A stretch of DNA of 64,000 nucleotides, taken from a virus. Its lineage: Duplodnaviria; Caudoviricetes. Shown piece by piece: positions 26,989 to 37,186 of this stretch. The notes under the pieces were generated by a model. It was not told the DNA's origin, searched no databases, and saw only the letters and a list, made by a program, of their open reading frames with translations. Location: the IMG/VR virus record IMGVR_UViG_3300001528_000621, positions 64,001 to 128,000 of that record. One strand, written 5' to 3'. The position numbers were made by a program, and so were the translations under genes. How positions within the stretch are numbered: position 1 is the stretch's first letter; every line of letters begins with the position of its first letter.

Positions 26989-27279
26989 ATGTTACGTAAA
27001 GCAGATTTAGGGTTAGCTATAGAAGTTCTTGTAGCTTATGAAACTGAATTTTATCCAAATTCTAGAGCAGAATCCGATATTCGAGACGGTCTCTTTTGGG
27101 ACGGGACAAAAGATTGCTTTTCAATGGACTTCGGTATGTGCCTGAGAGGAGAGACAGATGAGGTTCGAATTTACAAAGGTCCTAAAGACTGGCGAGAAAA
27201 CCGTAGGGACTTTGATACTGAACCTAAAACGGTAGTTTATGGGAACGTTTTATTCTTTTTGGAAGCTGTTACTGACTAA
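26989..27279 (+). CDS. hypothetical protein
   Basis: ORF in operon. Confidence 0.6.
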   Translation: MLRKADLGLAIEVLVAYETEFYPNSRAESDIRDGLFWDGTKDCFSMDFGMCLRGETDEVRIYKGPKDWRENRRDFDTEPKTVVYGNVLFFLEAVTD

Positions 27280-27599
27280 ACTACAGCCGGCAACGGTTCA
27301 TGGACCAGTTGAAGAGCCAAAACTACACTATAACGACGTTGAAGAAGTAGAGCCTGGAACGTTTCTGGTTCTTGTTAAGGTTCCGAACGGAATAAAATCT
27401 CTCTTTAAACGATATGTTAAAGAAAGAAAAGAACATGACCCGGATTGGCCAACAGCGTCGGTCTTTTTCGGTACTATGGACAGTCCTACAGAGTTTGAAC
27501 AATAGCTTTCTTCTATCGAAAGGAACAACAGGTATAACTAAGGCATCCTAAGGGAGAAATAAAGTCTAGATAATTCATAATATCTTTATATTTTTAGGT

Positions 27600-28085
27600 A
27601 TGAAAATTAAGGAGATTAAAGATTTGATGATGCATTTTGCAGAGTCAAAATACGATGACTACAATGTTGTTTTCTGGGACTACAGTCGACAGAAAAAGAT
27701 GGATGGACACTTTGGAGCTCTTTCTCATTCGGAAAAGGAGATATCAATACCAATTGGAGTGGTAGGAGACGATGTTTGGAAGATTGTTGAGGAAGGATAT
27801 GAACCGAATGGACTACCTAAAACTGTTAGTACAGTTGAAGGTCATGTAGCTGATCTTGTTGAGTCTAAGAAAAGTTTTGACAGCATTAGTCATTCAGCTT
27901 ATATGTATAGGGACAGAGAGACAGGTAAGGTCTTTTATACTAAGCTGTCAGAAGTATATACCATGTACCACTTCTATAAAGCGGAGACTGAACGTTATCG
28001 TAAGTTTATTAACAGGTACGGTATTGTCAAAACTCTTTGGAACGAAAGTATTACAGAGGAGGATGTTGTAGAGAAAGATGATTAA
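27600..28085 (+). CDS. hypothetical protein
   Basis: promoter-like motif upstream. Confidence 0.65.
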   Translation: MKIKEIKDLMMHFAESKYDDYNVVFWDYSRQKKMDGHFGALSHSEKEISIPIGVVGDDVWKIVEEGYEPNGLPKTVSTVEGHVADLVESKKSFDSISHSAYMYRDRETGKVFYTKLSEVYTMYHFYKAETERYRKFINRYGIVKTLWNESITEEDVVEKDD

Positions 28086-28248
28086 CTTAAAGCAACTTTT
28101 CTGCTTACATGAGTGGGAAGTCATGCATGAAGATCGGGTAGAATTATATAAGAACCCTAAACTAAAGAAACCGACAGGCTACAAGTACGTGGCTATTATG
28201 CGGTGTAAAAAGTGTGGAAAGTTAAAGAAGGTTGAAATTAAGTATTGA
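28078..28248 (+). CDS. small C.H...CxxC protein (not in ORF track)
   Basis: MINLKQLFCLHEW...RCKKCGK, 56 aa. Confidence 0.6.
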   Translation: MINLKQLFCLHEWEVMHEDRVELYKNPKLKKPTGYKYVAIMRCKKCGKLKKVEIKY

Positions 28249-28249
28249 T

Positions 28250-28735
28250 ATGAGGAAACACACAATAGCTGTAGATTTTGATGGAACTATTGTACAACAT
28301 AGATATCCGGAAATAGGAGAACCAGTACCGTGGGCATTAGAAACTCTTATTCAACTTAGAAAGAAAGGAATACCGGTTTTTCTCTGGACAATGAGAGGCC
28401 ATCCAAAAGCTCAAGAAAGAGATACTCTTCAGGAAGCTATAAACTTTTGTAAGGTAGCGGGTCTTGAGTTTGATGGAATTAATTATAGTCCAGTCCAGTT
28501 CTCTACTTCCAGTAAGCAATACGCTTCAATTTACATCGACGATGCAGCTATTGGATGTCCAATCAGGAACGACGGTTCTGTGGACTGGACTAAGGTCATT
28601 AAGGAGTTAATAATAAAAGGAATTTTAGTTCTTGATGATTGTTTAGAGATTTTTGGTACCGATAAGATGAACGATGTGTTCGACCATCTTAGTATCTATC
28701 ACGGACACACATATCCAAAGCCAAATGAACAATAA
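28250..28735 (+). CDS. HAD-superfamily phosphatase
   Basis: IAVDFDGTIV, LWTMR, YIDD. Confidence 0.85.
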   Translation: MRKHTIAVDFDGTIVQHRYPEIGEPVPWALETLIQLRKKGIPVFLWTMRGHPKAQERDTLQEAINFCKVAGLEFDGINYSPVQFSTSSKQYASIYIDDAAIGCPIRNDGSVDWTKVIKELIIKGILVLDDCLEIFGTDKMNDVFDHLSIYHGHTYPKPNEQ

Positions 28736-29753
28736 AAGCGTTATAATAACGGGAGTTGCTGGACTTCTTGGAAGTAACCTTGCAAGATGGATTCTGACCA
28801 ACAGGCCAGAATTTACTGTCTACGGTGTAGATAACTTAGAAGGAGGTCTTATAGAAAACGTTACTGAACTCGAAAGAAATTCTGATGGAGCTTTTAAGTT
28901 TGAACATTGTGACATAGTTGCAACGCCGGGAATGTTCGATCTTCTTGTTGAACAGTATAGGCCGGATTACATCTTTCATTTTGCAGCATTTGCAGCTGAA
29001 GGACTATCTCCGTTTACGAGAGGAAGGACATATGAAAGCAATCTTCTGGGCACATCTGCGGTTGTAAATGCTTGCATTAATTACGGTGTCAAAAAGCTGG
29101 TATATGCATCTAGTATGGCTGTGTACGGTAACGGAGCTGCTCCTTTCAAAGAGTACGATCTTTGTGTTCCTGTAGATCCATACGGAATAGCAAAGTATGC
29201 TTGTGAATTGGACATTGAGTCTGCAGAAGAGCAGTTTGAACTAAAAGCTGCTATTCTCAGATTTCATAATGTGTACGGACCTGGACAAAACATCTACGAC
29301 CCGTATAGAAATGTTTTGGGTATTTGGATGAACAGGATGAGGTTGAACAATCCTCTCCAAATCTACGGAAATGGACAACAAGTAAGAGCTTTTACATATG
29401 TTGAAGATCTTATGGAACCGATCTGGAATGCTGCTACGTCTCAGAGAAACCTAAAACTTAATATGTGTTCAACGCATCCGGTTAGCATTGAGACTGCTGC
29501 AAAGTTAGTAGCAGAGGAAGGAAAGAAAAGTGGATTCAATGTTGAGATAAAGAAAGTAGAAAAAAGAGCTGAAGTATATACAGCTTGGGTAGATGGTAAA
29601 GAGTCAGAAGAGATTTTAGGTTGCACTTACAAAACAAAATTAGAAGAAGGTATTGGTAAGATGTGGAAGTGGGTATTGACAATGCCAGTTAAGCCGATCC
29701 AAGTCTGTAACTATGAAATACCTAGCAAAGTTTACAGTTATTGGAAGTATTAA
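28725..29753 (+). CDS. NAD-dependent nucleotide-sugar epimerase/dehydratase
   Basis: TGVAGLLG, SSMAVYG, YGIAK, NVYGP. Confidence 0.9.
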   Translation: MNNKSVIITGVAGLLGSNLARWILTNRPEFTVYGVDNLEGGLIENVTELERNSDGAFKFEHCDIVATPGMFDLLVEQYRPDYIFHFAAFAAEGLSPFTRGRTYESNLLGTSAVVNACINYGVKKLVYASSMAVYGNGAAPFKEYDLCVPVDPYGIAKYACELDIESAEEQFELKAAILRFHNVYGPGQNIYDPYRNVLGIWMNRMRLNNPLQIYGNGQQVRAFTYVEDLMEPIWNAATSQRNLKLNMCSTHPVSIETAAKLVAEEGKKSGFNVEIKKVEKRAEVYTAWVDGKESEEILGCTYKTKLEEGIGKMWKWVLTMPVKPIQVCNYEIPSKVYSYWKY

Positions 29754-29804
29754 AGCTCAGTTTTTCTTTATATCTCTAGTTTAGAAGTTAAAAAAACAAA
29801 TAAA

Positions 29805-30527
29805 ATGCAGTGGTATAATAAGATTAATACTTGTTTTAGGAGAGATCTAGACAGGGAGTCTAAAACGTATAACCAGATTCTACCGGACGAGGAGCTTACA
29901 ACACCTGAGTTTGAGCTTCTTCGTAAATTGAATGCAAAGTGGGAAGCTACCGAAAAGGTAGATGGGGAATGTACAAGCATTCATCTTAAAGTAGATAACC
30001 TGACTGGGGATTATTGTGTGGAAGTGCACGGCAAGACTGACAAAGCTGTCATGCGACCAGAAGAGGTAAAGCTTTTGACAGAGATCGGAGATGTTGAGAA
30101 GCTCGTAGAAGTATTTACTCAAATTGATGCAGGTGGAAATAGGATTCTACCCGGAGATGAGTGTATTATCTTTGGAGAGACCTACGGAAGAGGTATGCAG
30201 AAGCCTGGTAGCAGATATTGTAGTACAAATCTTAAGTTCATTTGCTTTGATATTAAGATCGGAAACATATGGCTGAAGAGGGACGCTGTTGAGGACATCT
30301 GTAAGAAGCTCAACGTTGATGTAGTTCCATTTGTAGGAGAAATGACACTCAACGAAGCTATTGAGTATGTAAAGAAAGGATTTATGTCAACAGTGTCTGA
30401 AGATCCTACTCTTGAAGCAGAGGGTCTCGTACTTCGAGCTCCTCTTGGTCTTCTTGATAGGATGGGTCGAAGAATTATTACAAAGGTTAAGACGGTAGAT
30501 TTTAGAAAGCTTAAAGAAAATAACTAA
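29805..30527 (+). CDS. RNA ligase (Rnl2-like nucleotidyltransferase)
   Basis: TEKVDG, FGETYG, FDI, EGLVLR, K.K. Confidence 0.8.
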   Translation: MQWYNKINTCFRRDLDRESKTYNQILPDEELTTPEFELLRKLNAKWEATEKVDGECTSIHLKVDNLTGDYCVEVHGKTDKAVMRPEEVKLLTEIGDVEKLVEVFTQIDAGGNRILPGDECIIFGETYGRGMQKPGSRYCSTNLKFICFDIKIGNIWLKRDAVEDICKKLNVDVVPFVGEMTLNEAIEYVKKGFMSTVSEDPTLEAEGLVLRAPLGLLDRMGRRIITKVKTVDFRKLKENN

Positions 30528-30696
30528 TATGCAAACCCAAAAGCAAGACTTTCAAAAACTCCAAAAGCTGGAAGAGCAGAGGCGTAAAGGAAGGTTTGGA
30601 GAGCAAACTCGGGAATTTCAACGAGAGCTAGACATGTTGTACGAAACGAAGCATAACGAAGACAAGCTAGTCCGGTAAGTCAACTATTTACGAGAG

Positions 30697-30990
30697 ATGA
30701 AAAAGGTTTTATTAGCATTATTCGTCTCTCTTTTTTTATGTTCTTGCTCACCCAGCATTTACTACTTTTCTCGAGAGACTGATTGTCCACAATGCGTTGT
30801 TGACAGTCTTTTGGGTCCAAATACTTCTAACTATTTGGAATGGACTAACTTTCAAACAATGGGACTCTATCGAGAGGATTCTACTCTTATTTCAACTTAC
30901 GTTAATGTTCTTAGTAAAAAGCAAAGCGTTACCGTGGTTGAGTACGAGGTTAGTAAAAAATCAACAGTGTCTGAAAAACGTAGGAAGTAA
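30697..30990 (+). CDS. predicted lipoprotein
   Basis: signal peptide with LCSC lipobox. Confidence 0.65.
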   Translation: MKKVLLALFVSLFLCSCSPSIYYFSRETDCPQCVVDSLLGPNTSNYLEWTNFQTMGLYREDSTLISTYVNVLSKKQSVTVVEYEVSKKSTVSEKRRK

Positions 30991-30993
30991 TAA

Positions 30994-31581
30994 ATGTACA
31001 GTTTAGGTTGTGTACGAAGTCTTACTTTCGGTGTACCGTCGTATGCTCCAGCGGAGGGTACGATACCGGAAAAGTACGACATAAGGGACGAAATGAGATC
31101 TCCGATTGATCAAGGAAATAGAGGAATCTGTGTATCTGTCTGTGTTTCAGATATGCTCAGGTACAGGTACTTATTCAAAGGAGAAAAATACAAGCATCGA
31201 GATGATTTTTTCTACAACCACAGATCAGATAAGAGCGTTGATGGAATGTCACCTCGAAATGCATTTGAAATAGCTCGTTCGTATAGCTTTATTTCGTCTT
31301 ATGCTACTTTAAAGAATCTTCTTGCAATGAGAGTAGCTATAGCTGCGAATGGGCCAATTTTGGTTGCTTTACCGGTTTATAACTACGAAGGTGACTTTTG
31401 GAGGAAAACCTCGGGGAATATAATAGGATACCATGCAGTAACGTTAGTTAGCTATGACGATATTGCTCAACAGTTCTACCTAAGGAATTCTTGGGGACCC
31501 GCATGGGAATTGGGAGGCTTTACAATCTTTCCTTACTCTGGCGTAGACAGTATAATTGAAGCTTGGACAGTGTTTAGTTAA
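30994..31581 (+). CDS. papain-like C1 cysteine peptidase
   Basis: DQG..G.C, HAV, NSWG. Confidence 0.85.
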   Translation: MYSLGCVRSLTFGVPSYAPAEGTIPEKYDIRDEMRSPIDQGNRGICVSVCVSDMLRYRYLFKGEKYKHRDDFFYNHRSDKSVDGMSPRNAFEIARSYSFISSYATLKNLLAMRVAIAANGPILVALPVYNYEGDFWRKTSGNIIGYHAVTLVSYDDIAQQFYLRNSWGPAWELGGFTIFPYSGVDSIIEAWTVFS

Positions 31582-31639
31582 GTTTTTGAAAGCTCATCAT
31601 TTACTTTTATCTTTAGCTTAGAAGTTAAAAGAAAGAAAT

Positions 31640-31894
31640 ATGTCATATAATCAAAGGTATACAAACATTGGATGTACAGCAGCTCTTTTAATGTTTGTAA
31701 TAGCTATAGCGATGTGGTGTGTTACAGCCCTGGTAGTAAGCTTGCCAGTCTTGTGGCTCTGGAATTGGCTTGTACCGAGCATTTTTGGACTTAGGGCTAT
31801 TACTTGGATTGAAGCTCTTGGCTTTTCACTTTTATGTTCTTTCTTACTGAGAACAAACGTATCGGTAAACAATAACAAAAGTAACAACAACTAG
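31640..31894 (+). CDS. small membrane protein
   Basis: WLWNWL.P.IFGL..IT. Confidence 0.7.
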   Translation: MSYNQRYTNIGCTAALLMFVIAIAMWCVTALVVSLPVLWLWNWLVPSIFGLRAITWIEALGFSLLCSFLLRTNVSVNNNKSNNN

Positions 31895-31897
31895 TAT

Positions 31898-32470
31898 ATG
31901 GAATTTAGAGTACTTATTAGAGTAAACAAGGATCAGCCAGAAATTGCTGTAAAGGCTCTTGGCTACAAAGTAGTAGGTGACGTCAATGCTTTTTCAGAGG
32001 TTGATCTCGATTTCATCAGAAAGCAGGACTTCATTACAGCTGTGCCGATTGAGATAGCACTTACGCTGAAAGATAGGGTTGAAGCTCTTTATTCTCATCC
32101 AAATCTCAGATTTATTGTAACCGGTGTACCTGCTAGGAGAGTACCGAATCTCTACGATCTAGGATATACAGCTTTTGCACCTCTTACAGAAGGAGATCTC
32201 ATCCGGATCGTTTCAGAGAACAGCAATGAAGAGAAACCTAAAGACTGTGAAAAGGAGGTTGTGCCCGAGGCAGACGAGAATGTGGGAGATGAAAACCTAA
32301 TACCTAACAAGCCGGATGAGGACAATACAACTTCTATAGAGGAGAAGTACTACGTTAACGGTAGGGAAGTTGATAAGAAGCAATACAAGAACGCTGCTAA
32401 GGAGTTCGAAAACGACCTTAAGGAGCTTTCTAGTGAGTGTGAACACCTATTCGGGTTTTTTGATTTTTAA
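31898..32470 (+). CDS. hypothetical protein
   Basis: 190-aa ORF. Confidence 0.65.
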   Translation: MEFRVLIRVNKDQPEIAVKALGYKVVGDVNAFSEVDLDFIRKQDFITAVPIEIALTLKDRVEALYSHPNLRFIVTGVPARRVPNLYDLGYTAFAPLTEGDLIRIVSENSNEEKPKDCEKEVVPEADENVGDENLIPNKPDEDNTTSIEEKYYVNGREVDKKQYKNAAKEFENDLKELSSECEHLFGFFDF

Positions 32471-32499
32471 CCGGACCTAAACAAAGATAACACTTAACT

Positions 32500-32757
32500 A
32501 TGAACGAGGAAAAGGTTGACGTTTCTGTCAGCCTTTCCTTATTTATTTTAGTTATGAATGATACAAGAAATAAAGTACTGAAGATGGTAATGAGGTGCAA
32601 AAAGTACCGAAAACATAAACCTACTCCTGTACAGTTTCATGTTGTGCAGTTTGGAGGATTGGATGCACCTTTATTTCCGGAATCTGAAATAAAAGAAAAG
32701 AGATTTAGTTCTACAGATACTCTTGAATTACGAAACGTTCTTAGGTCTATGGAATAA
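32500..32757 (+). CDS. hypothetical protein
   Basis: ORF track. Confidence 0.5.
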   Translation: MNEEKVDVSVSLSLFILVMNDTRNKVLKMVMRCKKYRKHKPTPVQFHVVQFGGLDAPLFPESEIKEKRFSSTDTLELRNVLRSME

Positions 32758-32791
32758 AAGCTAATTATTTTTGATACGAGAATAATAACAC

Positions 32792-33445
32792 ATGCTATAC
32801 ACTTCAATGATTCTTCCTCTTCAGACAACCGCCGAGGGTCTCACATCAGAGCAAATTGGCAATGTTGTTGGACAGCTGTCTCAGTCTAGCATTGAGCTTG
32901 CTGAAGCCGCAGCTAACTTTGGTGCACTCAAAGTAATTTTTGGTATTTTTTTGGTTTTTGCTCTCATAATGGTACTGTTGTTTGTGTACCAGATGTTAGC
33001 AACGACTCGAAAGGTTTCTAAAATCTACGATACGACTAATAAAGTTACCAGAATTTTAGAAGAAACATCGAATAGAACTTTAGGACGATCTCAATCGTCA
33101 ATTCTCATACGAAGAAGTTTTAATGAATTAGCTCAGTCTATTAAGTATACAATATTACGAACAAGACTAGAGAACCACTTAGATCAGAGAGAGTACGTTG
33201 TAAGCAAGGTAGAGAAACTAATCAATCACGAATATCAGGAACTTAATAGTTTCTTAATGAATTACGAATGTGATGATAGGTCTCTAGCTGTACACATAAA
33301 CACAGAGGATTCTAAAATCATTTCTGAATTTATATTAGAGCAGGTATATTTAGACAGCTCTATCTTTACCATAGCTAGCATGGACCAAGCAGCAGACATA
33401 CTTATAAAGGGTTTGCGGCTAGAAGCACTTAAAGGAATAGAATAG
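32792..33445 (+). CDS. single-TM protein, possibly holin-like
   Basis: one TM helix followed by a helical domain. Confidence 0.5.
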   Translation: MLYTSMILPLQTTAEGLTSEQIGNVVGQLSQSSIELAEAAANFGALKVIFGIFLVFALIMVLLFVYQMLATTRKVSKIYDTTNKVTRILEETSNRTLGRSQSSILIRRSFNELAQSIKYTILRTRLENHLDQREYVVSKVEKLINHEYQELNSFLMNYECDDRSLAVHINTEDSKIISEFILEQVYLDSSIFTIASMDQAADILIKGLRLEALKGIE

Positions 33446-33446
33446 G

Positions 33447-33722
33447 ATGAAAATTCAGGTCCGAGGATGTACATTTGATTCTGATACCGGTATTTGGTCT
33501 ATTTGGATGAATAAACCTAAAGGACTAAATGTAGAGGATAAAAAACTCTACAACCGGTTTAATCAAGAGTGCTATCTAAAGAACATAAAAAATAAGAAAG
33601 GAGTTGAAATGTTAGTGCTGAAAGGTAAATTTGTAGGTACTCAACTCAATTCGTTCTTGATAGTAATGAGAGAGGACCTAACAACATACATAAATAAATT
33701 AAAGAAAACTGGAACTAAATAG
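33447..33722 (+). CDS. hypothetical protein
   Basis: ORF in operon. Confidence 0.6.
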   Translation: MKIQVRGCTFDSDTGIWSIWMNKPKGLNVEDKKLYNRFNQECYLKNIKNKKGVEMLVLKGKFVGTQLNSFLIVMREDLTTYINKLKKTGTK

Positions 33723-33773
33723 TTTCAGCTTTTTCTTTTAGTTTTAGCTTATTGAATCAAAACATATAAAGCT

Positions 33774-34751
33774 GTGGGAAAGAAAAAGAAAGGAAAATTT
33801 AAGAGTAATAGTGTCGAAAGTTTTTCTGTAGATTTGGTCGTACCGTTTGTAGATCCTTCAGACACTCAATGGCAAAAAGACCGAGAAGAGTGGGCAGAAA
33901 AATGTAAAGATCCTTCTCTGAATGAAGTTAGTTTGGCAGCTAATCAGGACTTCAGGTTTAGGGATTGGGGAATTTTTCCATACGTTTTCAGAAGCATTCA
34001 AGAGAACATACCTTGGATCAGAAAGATATTTTTAATCGTAGCTTCAGATACTCAGGTACCGGCTTGGCTAAATAGGGACACAGTTGAAATCGTTAAACAC
34101 TCTGACATTTTTGATGCAGATGAGCTTCCAGTCTTCTCTCCTACAATAATAGAAATGAAGTTAGGAAATATTAAAGGTCTTTCAGAGCACTTCATTTATG
34201 TGAACGACGATATGTTCTTTTTGAAGCCTTTGAAAAAGTCCGACTTCTTTACAGAGGGGGGGGGCCTACCAAAAATAGGGTTTGAAACATTCTCTGTGTT
34301 CGATGTAGAACACATTAACCCTTTCATTTACAATTACGGTTTTAGGCAAAAGTATTTATTCTCTGACGAATTTGATCTTAAAGGGGATAGGACTACGTAC
34401 GGGATTTATCACGGACCTCAACCAGTACTTAAGAGCGTAGTTAACTACATACAAAGGAAGTATGCTAAGGAGATAAAAGAAAATTCTTTTAGGTTTAGAA
34501 AAGCTGTTGACGACTATAATATTTACATCTACCATATCTACAGTATCTTATCTAAAAAATACGAAAAGGGACAATCAATAACTCAATACAGTTCCATTGA
34601 AAGCTTAGCAGACGTCCCAAAGACTGTGGAAGGAGACATGCTATGTATAAACGACTACATACAGTCAGAGGAAGAAGCTGGTCCTATTATTCAGCTTTGT
34701 CAATCAAGACTTGAATCTCTATTTCCTAACAAATCCAAATACGAATTATGA
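33774..34751 (+). CDS. Stealth family hexose-1-phosphate phosphotransferase
   Basis: DLVVPFVD, RFRDWG..RSI..N.PW, LSEHFIY.NDD, CIND, FP.KSKYE. Confidence 0.9.
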   Translation: MGKKKKGKFKSNSVESFSVDLVVPFVDPSDTQWQKDREEWAEKCKDPSLNEVSLAANQDFRFRDWGIFPYVFRSIQENIPWIRKIFLIVASDTQVPAWLNRDTVEIVKHSDIFDADELPVFSPTIIEMKLGNIKGLSEHFIYVNDDMFFLKPLKKSDFFTEGGGLPKIGFETFSVFDVEHINPFIYNYGFRQKYLFSDEFDLKGDRTTYGIYHGPQPVLKSVVNYIQRKYAKEIKENSFRFRKAVDDYNIYIYHIYSILSKKYEKGQSITQYSSIESLADVPKTVEGDMLCINDYIQSEEEAGPIIQLCQSRLESLFPNKSKYEL

Positions 34752-35482
34752 TGGTAAATAATTTCAAAAAAGTAGAACCGTATCTTACAGAAAGAGAAGG
34801 TTTCTATTACGTCATAGACATCGTATGTAGGCTAAAGGACACAAACCTTAGATTGCCTGAAGAAATCTATGGAGGTGTGAGGGTTAGAAGAGTAAAGTAC
34901 TATCTTATTAAAAGTGTATCCGATCTAAAGAACATTGAACCCGAAATTAAGCTTCTTTGTAGAGCTTTAGGAGCAAGAGCGTACATAGGACTAGTACCTA
35001 TAAACATGACGACGTTACTTCAGAAAATTGGGTGTCAAAGTTTGATGTTGTCTCTACAAGAGAACTGGGAGCAAAGGTTTATTGACATAGAAGGACTAGA
35101 ACTTCTTAATTTCGGACTTTTTGATGTCGAGGAAGGAGAGACAGAGCATCCTAAATATTCTGGATCTGAAATCTTTTTTAATTCTCTAGATACCCAATGC
35201 AAGTACCTCACATTCGATATAGATCGCCCAGAACTATTAGACAATCTTACAAAAAATTTAGATATTTTAGGAATAGGAGTTTGTGAAGAGGTACCGTCTG
35301 TTTGGGGAAAAACTCTAATAGTAAAGTTACCAGAGGACTACACTGAATCAACTTTGAAGTTTGAACAGTGGTGGAATATCCGAACTTATTACAAACTAAA
35401 AGATGTGTATCCCGGGCCGCATAAGTGGGGACCAGTAAACCTTTATGTGCCGGGAAAAAGACTTATAAGTACTGCAGTGTAG
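34748..35482 (+). CDS. hypothetical protein, AEP-like family (paralog of 40990)
   Basis: R.KD, LC....ARAY, FDID. Confidence 0.55.
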   Translation: MMVNNFKKVEPYLTEREGFYYVIDIVCRLKDTNLRLPEEIYGGVRVRRVKYYLIKSVSDLKNIEPEIKLLCRALGARAYIGLVPINMTTLLQKIGCQSLMLSLQENWEQRFIDIEGLELLNFGLFDVEEGETEHPKYSGSEIFFNSLDTQCKYLTFDIDRPELLDNLTKNLDILGIGVCEEVPSVWGKTLIVKLPEDYTESTLKFEQWWNIRTYYKLKDVYPGPHKWGPVNLYVPGKRLISTAV

Positions 35483-36231
35483 TGAGAGAAGCTATAAATA
35501 ATATTGAACAAGTAGCTAAATACTTGGAACCGGTAAAAGGCTGCAAGTACGCTGTGTTTACAGTATTGCGGCAAAAAGATTCAGGAATTCAATCTCAGTA
35601 CAATCTGGACCGTGCATGCTTTCCGGAGGATGATAATGTTTTTGGATCTATAGTTACAGCAGTGAACATATCTCTACGCAACGTGTGGGTTAAGGACGGA
35701 GAAGAGCTCCTCAAATACTCTGATGAGTTCGTATCTATTTGTGAATTTACCCGTAGCAGGCTTTACATTGTAGTGGAGCCAATATCAATTGAAAAGGTAA
35801 ATACAAACTTGCTCCAAAATATTTTACATTCGTTTTACAGTACGCCAGACAAGCTTTTACCAGAAGAAGTTCTACCTCGATATTTTTACTCTTTTTTCTC
35901 TTTACGTAAAAATGATATATGGATATCTGATGTAATTTGGAGAAAAAACGGATACACAACATTCGATGTAGACAACGTTGTAGGTAGGGGTATGCAAGAT
36001 GCTCAAAGAAATCTTAGATATCTTGAAAATCTTGGATATAGTTACGTAGACAGGTTTACTACTCCAAACGGGTTTCATATTTTGATGAAATCCCCTGTAC
36101 ACGGTAAGTTTACAGTAGAAGAAGAAGCAAGATGGTATAATCGTTACATTATGCCTCCGTTTTCTACTTTAGGTAATTATCTTGGAATTCATACAGATGG
36201 CTGCATTCTAGCATATGCTCCTCAACTTTAA
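35482..36231 (+). CDS. hypothetical protein, AEP-like family (paralog of 40990)
   Basis: RQKD, RLYI, FDVD, TPNGFH. Confidence 0.55.
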   Translation: MREAINNIEQVAKYLEPVKGCKYAVFTVLRQKDSGIQSQYNLDRACFPEDDNVFGSIVTAVNISLRNVWVKDGEELLKYSDEFVSICEFTRSRLYIVVEPISIEKVNTNLLQNILHSFYSTPDKLLPEEVLPRYFYSFFSLRKNDIWISDVIWRKNGYTTFDVDNVVGRGMQDAQRNLRYLENLGYSYVDRFTTPNGFHILMKSPVHGKFTVEEEARWYNRYIMPPFSTLGNYLGIHTDGCILAYAPQL

Positions 36232-36260
36232 TTTATATCTTTAGAGAAATAAAAAGAAAG

Positions 36261-36464
36261 ATGGGACTAGAGAAAGCAATAGCTTCTGGAAAAGAGCATA
36301 GAAAAGAGTATAAAGGAGCAAAGAGAGTTTCTCGTAGCTGTAGAAACAACGGGGGAGGACATAAACACTCGGAGTGCCCTTACTGTCAATCAAATCGAGA
36401 ACACAATAGTAGAGTTAAAGAAGAGAAAGCCAATTTTGATTTGTCAGAAAATATAGCTATTTAA
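36261..36464 (+). CDS. small basic Cys-containing phage protein
   Basis: KAI.SGKEHRK.Y...SCRN...CPYC. Confidence 0.65.
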   Translation: MGLEKAIASGKEHRKEYKGAKRVSRSCRNNGGGHKHSECPYCQSNREHNSRVKEEKANFDLSENIAI

Positions 36465-36475
36465 CAAAACATACA

Positions 36476-36521
36476 TCAGCAGTTCTGTGACGTATTCCTG
36501 CTGACTAAAAATTAAAACATA
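36476..36521 (+). promoter_or_regulatory. preQ1 class I riboswitch-like element
   Basis: P1 TCAGCAG/CTGCTGA; loop TTC-TGTG-ACGTATT-C; A-rich tail ending AACATA pairs with TGTG; upstream of a YhhQ-family gene. Confidence 0.7.
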
Positions 36522-36527
36522 AAGTCA

Positions 36528-37166
36528 ATGAAAAAAATTCTTATTTTAGTGACAGCTCTTCTGCTGTCCATCGGTGCATCCGCACAAACAGATCTTCATT
36601 ATCTTCCAGTTACATTTTCTACGAACGGAACAAGTACGGTTGGAAAGGTATTTACAGCTTTAACTCTCCCTACAGAAAATACCGTAACCTATGTGGAGGT
36701 TCTTAAAACTGTTCAGGATCCAGACTATTACATTCAATTCTTTCACGAACAGAAGTTTTGGGAAGCTCCAATTTACGTGCATGCTGAGTTCCGAGACCAG
36801 AGCTGGTCTGGGTATGGAGAGACAATGCTTATGGTTGGAGGAGCTTTTGACGTCTTTACAAAGAATGGAATGATTGCTTTTGAACCTCTTTTGAGAATAG
36901 ATGGTGAAAAAAGAGATTGGGGTCATTTTCAGCCAATGTTTTCTGTCGTTACGGGACACGATTGGGGTAAATTTAATCTAAATTCATTTTCAGACTTCTG
37001 GTATGATTCAAACTACCTGAATAACGGATTTAATTGGTACTCTGAAGCTTGGGCTTATTTCAAAGTTTGGGAACACTTTCAATTAGGAGCTGTATTTTCT
37101 GCAAGCTATAACGAAAGCGTTAAGTTTTCTGCATCGGTAGCACCAGGATTAAAGATTATATTCTAA
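36528..37166 (+). CDS. DUF5020-like outer-membrane beta-barrel (Tsx-like channel)
   Basis: signal peptide, KFWEAPI..H.E, aromatic-rich strands, C-terminal F. Confidence 0.65.
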   Translation: MKKILILVTALLLSIGASAQTDLHYLPVTFSTNGTSTVGKVFTALTLPTENTVTYVEVLKTVQDPDYYIQFFHEQKFWEAPIYVHAEFRDQSWSGYGETMLMVGGAFDVFTKNGMIAFEPLLRIDGEKRDWGHFQPMFSVVTGHDWGKFNLNSFSDFWYDSNYLNNGFNWYSEAWAYFKVWEHFQLGAVFSASYNESVKFSASVAPGLKIIF

Positions 37167-37186
37167 TTGTAAAGGATATTTGAAAT

